Shown one piece after another: positions 58,102 to 64,000 of a stretch of DNA of 64,000 nt. The DNA is from Myxococcales bacterium. GTDB lineage: Bacteria > Myxococcota_A > Polyangia > Polyangiales > JADJMO01. The first letter of the stretch is position 1. Each line of letters starts with the position of its first letter. The notes beneath the pieces were generated by a model. The model was not told where the DNA came from and did no database searches. It saw only the letters and a program-made list of their open reading frames with translations. The translations under genes and the position numbers were made by a program. Location of the stretch: the NCBI GenBank assembly GCA_016794445.1, contig JAEUKC010000023.1, forward strand, positions 1 to 64,000, given 5' to 3'.

Positions 58102-59811
58102 TCACTCCCACGGGTGGCGCGCCTCTAGCTTGCGGGCGCGCTCGACGAGCTGCGGATCGAGCGCGCCGTGCTGCGCGCCCTCGAGCGCCTGGGCGAAGGC
58201 CGCGGCGGACTCGAACCGATCTTCGCGGCCCTTGGCGAGCGCGACCGCGAGCACCACGTCGAGCTCTTCGGCCAGCGAGCCCACGACGCTCGGCCGCGGC
58301 GGCATGCCGTGCAGCACCTTGTAGAAGATCTGCGGCTCGGTATCGCCGGGGAACGCGGGCCGCCCGGTGAGCGCGCGGTAGACGATGACGCCGAGCGAGA
58401 ACAGATCGGTGCGGTGGTCGACCGTGCCGCCGTCGATCTGCTCGGGCGCCATGTAGCCCGGCGTGCCGACGATGCGGTCGCGGGTGAGCGTGCCCTCGTC
58501 GTCGGTGACCTTGCTCACCCCGAAGTCGAGGATCTTCCACCGCTCGCCGCCGCTCTCGTCCTTGGCGAGGAACACGTTCCGGGGCTTGAGATCGCGGTGG
58601 ACGATGCCGGCCACGCGCGCGGCCTCGAGCCCGAGGCCGACCTGGCGCACGAGGTCGATCACCTTGCGCAGAGACATCTTCCGGTGCTCGCGCAGCCAGT
58701 CGGAGAGGTCTTGCCCGCGCAGCCGCTCCATCGCGAGGTAGGGGATGGCGGCGTCCTCGTCGGAGACGGCGAGCACCTTCACCACGTTGGGCACCGACAG
58801 CGAGGCGGCGATGCGGGCCTCGCGGTGGAAGCGCTTCACGTGCTCGGGCTGCGCGAGCACGTGGTCGAGCAGCACCTTGACCGCCGCGAGCTCCTTGGTG
58901 CCCGTGTGCACGGCCTCGTAGACCTCGCCCATGGCGCCGCGGCCGATGACGTCGCCGAGGTGGAAGTTGCCGAACGTGCGGTTGGTGTAGCGGCCCTGAC
59001 CGCCGCGGAGCGCCTCGACGAGGTCTTGCCGAGCTTCCTTCAGCAACGCCTCCCGCTGGGCCACCGAGGCGAGGGCCACGTCGTGCTGCTCGATCGCGTC
59101 GAGGATGGCGCGCCGGCTCTGGCGCATGATGACGTAGGTCGCGAGGTAGATCGCCTCGACCAGCGCGAAGGTGACCAGCTGCTCGAGCTTGCCCGAGCCG
59201 AAGGCGCGATAGAGCCCGCGGTCGGGCACGAGCCCGAAGATGATCGGGAGCGAGATCGCCGCCTGCAGCCCGGCGCAGAGGACGTAGACGGCGCGCACCC
59301 CCGCGGTGTGGCCGCCGGTGCTGAAGAAGCAGAGGCCGAACGGGATGATCGCGACCGCCGGAGACAGGGGCCCGAAGTAGAAGATCGCCGCGAACGCCGC
59401 CGACACGCAGCAGACCGCCGAGACCATCACCTTCTGGATGGTGAAGCCCTCGTCCTCGCGGATCTCCCGGGCGAGCCAGACCGAGCTCGCGACCACCAGG
59501 GCGAGCCCGCACCAGGTGACCACCTTGGCGGCGAAGTCGCCGCCCATGGGGACGAGCACGAGCCCCACCACCACGGCGAGCACGATCGCGATGCGCACGA
59601 AGGCGCGCGTGTTGCGGATCTCCTGGAAATGCAGGGTCTCCCGCGCCGTGACCACCGACGTCGAGCGCGAGCCCGCGGTGGCGCCCGTGGAGCCGGTCGA
59701 GCCCCCCGTGCGGCGGGTGTCGTCGACCGAGGCCCCCCCCGAGCCCTCCAGGGGCCGCGCCGGCCGGGCGTCGACCAGCGTGGGCGCTTCGTTGGAGGGC
59801 TCGTGCGACAC
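58102..59811 (-). CDS. Ser/Thr protein kinase with N-terminal multi-TM domain
   Basis: The N-terminal ~230 aa holds about 6 helices. The kinase domain follows, with GRGAMGEVY, AVKVL, HRDLKPRN, DFGVSK and APEQ. Confidence 0.9.
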   Translation of the reverse strand: MSHEPSNEAPTLVDARPARPLEGSGGASVDDTRRTGGSTGSTGATAGSRSTSVVTARETLHFQEIRNTRAFVRIAIVLAVVVGLVLVPMGGDFAAKVVTWCGLALVVASSVWLAREIREDEGFTIQKVMVSAVCCVSAAFAAIFYFGPLSPAVAIIPFGLCFFSTGGHTAGVRAVYVLCAGLQAAISLPIIFGLVPDRGLYRAFGSGKLEQLVTFALVEAIYLATYVIMRQSRRAILDAIEQHDVALASVAQREALLKEARQDLVEALRGGQGRYTNRTFGNFHLGDVIGRGAMGEVYEAVHTGTKELAAVKVLLDHVLAQPEHVKRFHREARIAASLSVPNVVKVLAVSDEDAAIPYLAMERLRGQDLSDWLREHRKMSLRKVIDLVRQVGLGLEAARVAGIVHRDLKPRNVFLAKDESGGERWKILDFGVSKVTDDEGTLTRDRIVGTPGYMAPEQIDGGTVDHRTDLFSLGVIVYRALTGRPAFPGDTEPQIFYKVLHGMPPRPSVVGSLAEELDVVLAVALAKGREDRFESAAAFAQALEGAQHGALDPQLVERARKLEARHPWE

Positions 59812-59836
59812 GCTGCCCCGAGCATATCATCGCGCG

Positions 59837-60748
59837 ATGACTTCCCTCGCCGACCTCGAGCGATCCGGTCGCTACCTCTCGACCCTCGACGGCCGGGTGT
59901 TCGTGAAGGAGCGCGGCGAGGGCGGGACGCCGCTGGTCGTCCTGCACGGGTTTCCGACCTCCTGCCACGACTTCGACGACGCGATCGCCGAGCTCGCCCG
60001 CGACCGGCGCGTGCTCACGTTCGACTTCCTGGGTTATGGGCTCTCGGACAAGCCTGGGCACTACTCCTATTCGCTGATGGCCCAGACCGACCTGGCCCTC
60101 GCGGTGCTGCGCGACGCGGGCATCACGCGGGCGCACGTCTGGGCGCACGACATGGGGACCAGCGTGGCGACCGAGCTCTGCGCGCGCCGCGAGCGCGGCC
60201 TGCTCGGCACGTTCGAGCTCGCGAGCCTGACGCTGATGAACGGCAGCGTGCACGTCGAGCTCGCCGACCTCACGTTCGGTCAGCACCTCCTGCGCTCGCC
60301 GCTCGGCGGCCTCTTCGCGCGGTTCACGAACGAGCGCACCTTCGGCCTGCAGATGCGCCGCATCTTCGGCAAGCCGGTGGCCGACGAGAAGGTCCACGAG
60401 ATGTGGGAGCTCCTCGCGCGGGAAGGTGGGGCGCGCGTGATGCCGAAGCTGATCGGCTACGTGGGCGAGCGCTACGCGTTCTGGGACCGCTGGATCGGCG
60501 CGCTGCGGCGCCTCGACGTGCCGACCCTCGTCGCCTGGGGCGAGCTCGATCCGGTGGCGGTCATGCCCATCGCCCGCGCCCTCGCCGCCGAGATCCCCGG
60601 CGCGCGCTTGCAGACCTGGCCCGACCTCGGCCACTACCCGCAGGTCGAAGAGCCGGCCCGCGTCGCCGCCACCGTCGCGGCGTTCCTCAGCGCCACCCGG
60701 AGCGGAGGACCGGACGGGGAGGGAGCGACAAAGCCAGCCGGGCGTTGA
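59837..60748 (+). CDS. alpha/beta hydrolase (epoxide-hydrolase/dehalogenase-like, Asp nucleophile)
   Basis: ATG 59837 is in frame with ORF 59438..60748. It has the HGFP oxyanion motif (VVLHGFPTS), the nucleophile elbow WAHDMGTS and the C-terminal His (LGHYPQVE). Confidence 0.85.
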   Translation: MTSLADLERSGRYLSTLDGRVFVKERGEGGTPLVVLHGFPTSCHDFDDAIAELARDRRVLTFDFLGYGLSDKPGHYSYSLMAQTDLALAVLRDAGITRAHVWAHDMGTSVATELCARRERGLLGTFELASLTLMNGSVHVELADLTFGQHLLRSPLGGLFARFTNERTFGLQMRRIFGKPVADEKVHEMWELLAREGGARVMPKLIGYVGERYAFWDRWIGALRRLDVPTLVAWGELDPVAVMPIARALAAEIPGARLQTWPDLGHYPQVEEPARVAATVAAFLSATRSGGPDGEGATKPAGR

Positions 60749-60790
60749 CCCCTTCCCTGCCCCCCGCGGATCGACGACAGTGGCCGCTCC

Positions 60791-61609
60791 GTGGCCGAGC
60801 CGCTCGACACCGTGGTCGTCATCGAGACGCCGGAGCACATCGTGTTCCGCCACCGCGTCGCAGGTCCGGCGCGCAGGGCGGTCGCCTACGGGATCGATCT
60901 GGTCGTCTGTTACGGCAGCCTCGTCGGGATCGCGATCGTCCTCTCGATCGTGGTGATCGGCGGCGCGTTCGGCGGCCAGGAAGCGCTCGCCAACGTCGGG
61001 ATCGGCCTGTTCTTGCTGCTCCTGTTCTGCGCGCAGTGGGTCTACTTCGTGGCCTTCGAGACCTTCACCGGCCGCACGCCGGGCAAGAAGCTCATGGGCC
61101 TGCGCGTCGTCACCACCGAGGGTCGGCCCATCGGCTTCACCCACGCGGCGCTCCGCAACCTCCTGCGCGTGGCCGACTTCCTCCCCACGGCCTACCTGCT
61201 CGGGGGCTCGTTCCTGTTCCTGTCGAAGCGCTTCCAGCGGGTGGGCGATCTCGTCGGCGGCACGCTCGTGGTGGTCCCCGACAAGCCCACGGTGGCGACG
61301 GCGAACGTGCTGTGGCCGCCGCCGCACCCGACCGAGCTCGCCGCGATCCCCCAGAACATCGTGCTGGACGCCGACGAGCGCGCCGCGATCGAGCTCTTCG
61401 TGCGGCGGCGCGGGGCGCTGGGCCCGGCGCGGGAACACGAGCTCGCGGTGATGATCGCGCCCGGGCTCGCGGCCCGTCACGGCCTGCCCCTCACCATCGA
61501 CCCCTCGCGCTTCCTCGCCATCCTCCACGACCGCGCCACGCACGCCGGCCGCAAGGAGGCCGTGGTCCGCGACAGCCTGCCGCCGCCCTCGAGCCGGGAG
61601 GCCGCGTGA
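60791..61609 (+). CDS. RDD family membrane protein
   Basis: It starts at GTG. The RDD-type topology is RRAVAYGIDLVV...GRTPGKKLMGLRVV...LRNLLRVADFLP...VGDLVGGTLVV. Confidence 0.8.
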   Translation: MAEPLDTVVVIETPEHIVFRHRVAGPARRAVAYGIDLVVCYGSLVGIAIVLSIVVIGGAFGGQEALANVGIGLFLLLLFCAQWVYFVAFETFTGRTPGKKLMGLRVVTTEGRPIGFTHAALRNLLRVADFLPTAYLLGGSFLFLSKRFQRVGDLVGGTLVVVPDKPTVATANVLWPPPHPTELAAIPQNIVLDADERAAIELFVRRRGALGPAREHELAVMIAPGLAARHGLPLTIDPSRFLAILHDRATHAGRKEAVVRDSLPPPSSREAA

Positions 61610-62640
61610 ACGCCGAGCCCCGCGCCACCGTCTCGGCGACCGCGCTCGCAGAGGCCGCGTTCACGGACAAGCGTCGCTTAGACTGGCAGGCGCTCGAGGC
61701 GCTCGTGCAGCGCGCGCAGACCCGCCGCATCCGCAAGCTCGACCCCGAGGAGGTCCGCCGCCTCGCGCCGCTCTACCGCGACACGTGCGCCGATCTCTCG
61801 CGCGCGCAGGCCTCGCACTACAGCGCGGCGCTCGTCGACTACCTGCAGGCGCTCTCGGCGAGCGCACACGGGGTGCTCTACTCGGCGCCGGCCAAGGGCC
61901 GCATCGCCCAGCGCGCCCGCGCGCACGCCCACGCGGTGTGGGTCGCGTTCCCGCGCGCGGTCCGTCGCCACTGGCGATCGATGGCGATCGCGTTCCTGCT
62001 CTTCTTCGTGCCGTTCTTCGGCGGGTTCGTGGGCGCCTGGGTCGACCCGACCTACGCGTTCAAGATCGCGCCCGAGCCGATGCTGCGGCAGCTCACCGAG
62101 AGCTACCGGCAGGGCTTCTCGACGGGCCGCGACGCGGGCCAGGACACGTTCATGGCCGGGTTCTACGTCTACAACAACGTAGGGATCGCGCTGCGCTGCT
62201 TCGCGCTCGGCGTGCTCGGGGGCCTCGGATCGGCCGTCTACCTGGTCTACAACGGCCTCGCGACCGGCGCGATCATGGGGTACGTGGCGTCGCAGGGCGC
62301 CGGCGACAACATCCTCACCTTCGTCGTGGGCCACAGCACGTTCGAGCTCGGCGCGATCGTGATCGCGGGAGGAGCCGGCCTCTCGCTCGGCTGGTCGATG
62401 GTGTCACCCGGTCGCGTCACGCGCATCGCCTCCCTGCAGGCGGTCGCCAAGGACCTCGTGGTCATCGTCTCCGGGGCCGCGTTCATGCTGCTCCTCGCGG
62501 CGATGATCGAGGGCTACTGGTCGGCGTCGGGCCTCTCGTCCACCCTCAAGCGCAGCATCGGCGGCGCGTTCTTCGTCACCATCCTCGCCTACCTGGCGCT
62601 CGTCGGGCGCGAAGCCGGAGCAGAGGAGGGGACGCGATGA
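61606..62640 (+). CDS. stage II sporulation protein M-like membrane protein (SpoIIM family)
   Basis: GTG 61606 overlaps the RDD TGA (GTGA) and is in frame with the 3' end of ORF 58168..62640. ...FYVYNNVGIALRCFALGVLGGLGSAVYLVYNG...FVVGHSTFELGAIVIAGGAG... is typical SpoIIM. Confidence 0.8.
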   Translation: MNAEPRATVSATALAEAAFTDKRRLDWQALEALVQRAQTRRIRKLDPEEVRRLAPLYRDTCADLSRAQASHYSAALVDYLQALSASAHGVLYSAPAKGRIAQRARAHAHAVWVAFPRAVRRHWRSMAIAFLLFFVPFFGGFVGAWVDPTYAFKIAPEPMLRQLTESYRQGFSTGRDAGQDTFMAGFYVYNNVGIALRCFALGVLGGLGSAVYLVYNGLATGAIMGYVASQGAGDNILTFVVGHSTFELGAIVIAGGAGLSLGWSMVSPGRVTRIASLQAVAKDLVVIVSGAAFMLLLAAMIEGYWSASGLSSTLKRSIGGAFFVTILAYLALVGREAGAEEGTR

Positions 62641-63422
62641 ACCTCGGGGCCGGGCGCGTCGTCTTCCGCCACCGCAGCACGATGGACGTGCTCGATCTGG
62701 CCGCGCGCTTCCTCGTGCAGGAGCGCCGCGCGTTCCTCCTGCTGTCGGCGGCCGTCCTCCTGCCGGCGTGGGCGCTCGTGATGCTCGTCGCCCACGGCGC
62801 GGGCAACTGGGAGGCGGCGCTGTTCCTCGCGGGCCTGTTCGCGGTCACCGCCGATCTGCCCTTCACGCTCCTCGCCTCCCGGCTCGTGTTCGACGCCGAC
62901 GTACCGGTCGGCGCGACGATGCTCGACGCGGTACGCGCCCTGCCACGCCTCCTGCTCGGTCGGATCGTGCAGGGGCTCGTGGTCGGCGTCGGCCTCTCGC
63001 TGTGTGGCCTCCCCGGCATCTGGCTCGCCGTGCTGCTGCAGTTCTTGCCCGAGGTGATCGCGCTCGAGAAGACGCCGGTCTTCAAGAGCTTCACGCGCTG
63101 CAACCGCCTCCTCTCCGGGCAGTTCGGCGACGCCCTCGTCGCGTGGATCTGGTTGACCGGCCTGCAGATCGGCGCCGTGTTGCTGTTCGACTTCGCGGGC
63201 CGCACGATCTTGCGCGACGTCCTGCAGATCAACCCTCCGCGCCCGGTGTGGAAAGACGGCCACTCCAGCCTCGCCATCACGGGGATGTTCCTGTCGCTGC
63301 CGTATCTCTCCGTCGCGCGCCTGCTCACCTACCTCAACATCCGCACCCGGACCGAGGGCTGGGACATCCAGGCCCGCTTCGTCGCGATCGCGCAGCGACT
63401 CGCCCCGGGCGGTGCGCCGTGA
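62637..63422 (+). CDS. polytopic membrane protein, hypothetical
   Basis: ATG 62637 overlaps the upstream TGA (ATGA) and is in frame with ORF 61785..63422. It has about 6 hydrophobic helices. Confidence 0.65.
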   Translation: MNLGAGRVVFRHRSTMDVLDLAARFLVQERRAFLLLSAAVLLPAWALVMLVAHGAGNWEAALFLAGLFAVTADLPFTLLASRLVFDADVPVGATMLDAVRALPRLLLGRIVQGLVVGVGLSLCGLPGIWLAVLLQFLPEVIALEKTPVFKSFTRCNRLLSGQFGDALVAWIWLTGLQIGAVLLFDFAGRTILRDVLQINPPRPVWKDGHSSLAITGMFLSLPYLSVARLLTYLNIRTRTEGWDIQARFVAIAQRLAPGGAP

Positions 63423-64000
63423 ACGCGCGCACGTGGGGCCTCGCGTTCGCGCTCGCGGCGGCGCCCGTCGGCGTCGCGCACGCGGGGCTGAACCCGGGCA
63501 CCGCCGAGGGTCAGGTCGAGGCCGCGCGCAAGGCCGACGACGGCTTCTGTCAGAACCCGACCAAGCCGCTGCGCGACGCGGTCCAGCTCTGTGGGTACGC
63601 GAAGCAGGTCCCCGACTGCGGCGGCTTCGCGACCGCCTGCGCCGAGGCCCTCGCGCCGAAGAAGCCGCCGGACCTCGGCTGGCTCGAGAAGCTCGGCCGG
63701 TTCTTCGCCCGGTTCGGGCAGCTGTTCGAGGGGCTCGGCACCGTTGCGCACATCCTCGTGTGGGCGGTCGTCATCGCGCTGGTCGTGTTGATGGCGTATC
63801 CGCTGATCAAGTCCCTCCTGCGCATGCGGCGCCGCCCCGGCGACGACGCCGAGCGCAAGAAGGAGGAGGTCGAGGTCGCCGCGGCGCCGCTCGAGGAGCT
63901 GCTCGACAAGGGCGACGAGAGGGCGCTGCTGGCCCGCGCCGAGGCCGCGCTCGCGGCGGGCGACCTGACCGCGGCCCTCCACGCCTTCCTCGCGGCGACG
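63419..64000 (+). CDS. secreted/TM protein, DUF4129-like N-terminal part (partial, runs off the right edge)
   Basis: GTG 63419 overlaps the upstream TGA (GTGA). The signal is VNARTWGLAFALAAAPVGVAHA/GL. A Cys-containing segment and the TM helix VAHILVWAVVIALVVLMAYPLI follow. The frame is open with high GC3 to position 64000. Confidence 0.6.
   Translation, partial: MNARTWGLAFALAAAPVGVAHAGLNPGTAEGQVEAARKADDGFCQNPTKPLRDAVQLCGYAKQVPDCGGFATACAEALAPKKPPDLGWLEKLGRFFARFGQLFEGLGTVAHILVWAVVIALVVLMAYPLIKSLLRMRRRPGDDAERKKEEVEVAAAPLEELLDKGDERALLARAEAALAAGDLTAALHAFLAAT

Noticed and set aside
57920-61605. Long ORFs 57920..61543(-) (1207 aa) and the first ~1145 codons of 58168..62640(+).
   Set aside because: They are antisense or out of frame to the well-supported kinase, hydrolase and RDD genes. 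Only the last 344 codons of the plus ORF (from GTG 61606) make a recognisable SpoIIM-like protein.

Overview
This is a 64-kb, roughly 70% GC, very gene-dense chromosomal segment. I count about 66 protein-coding genes. By eye I found no rRNA, tRNA, CRISPR array, transposase, integrase or prophage signature. The gene content suggests a Myxococcota (Polyangia-like) genome, by inference only: a MYXO-CTERM-like sorting tail, a PEGA protein, three Hanks-type Ser/Thr kinases, FHA domains fused to a sigma54 activator and to a GGDEF cyclase, at least 14 lipobox proteins (many Cys-rich), and planctomycete-type DUF1588/DUF1501/cytochrome genes. Housekeeping islands are gltB-gltD, ppa, kbl/tdh, a DesA3-like desaturase with ferredoxin reductase and TetR, yghU and a second GST, and chrA. 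They are interspersed with envelope and signalling genes. All start codons were chosen by eye from signal peptides, SD-like motifs, GC3 and translational-coupling overlaps, and all family names come from motif recognition, not from searches. The items most worth a second look are listed here.
1. 27.9-33.4 kb holds DUF3570-like, DUF4266-like and DUF2271-like proteins next to CXXCH lipoproteins and an ABC module. It sits behind an FHA-sigma54 activator/kinase pair and has no ApbE in the window. It may be an uncharacterised flavin-plus-haem extracytoplasmic redox module. It includes two lipoprotein genes whose 5' ends overlap head-to-head.
2. An ECF sigma, a 4-TM partner and a secreted peptide made of seven DAGHxxS(T/N) octapeptide repeats, encoded by a 24-bp tandem DNA repeat.
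3. A Cys-rich lipoprotein gene split by a +1 frame change exactly at a C9 homopolymer.
4. A well-formed sigma54 promoter motif upstream of a small Cys/Asp-rich lipoprotein gene.
5. A GATC-dense nested hairpin between a TetR gene and the DUF1588/DUF1501 operon.
6. The conserved but unexplained RDD-SpoIIM-membrane-DUF4129-like cluster at the right edge.
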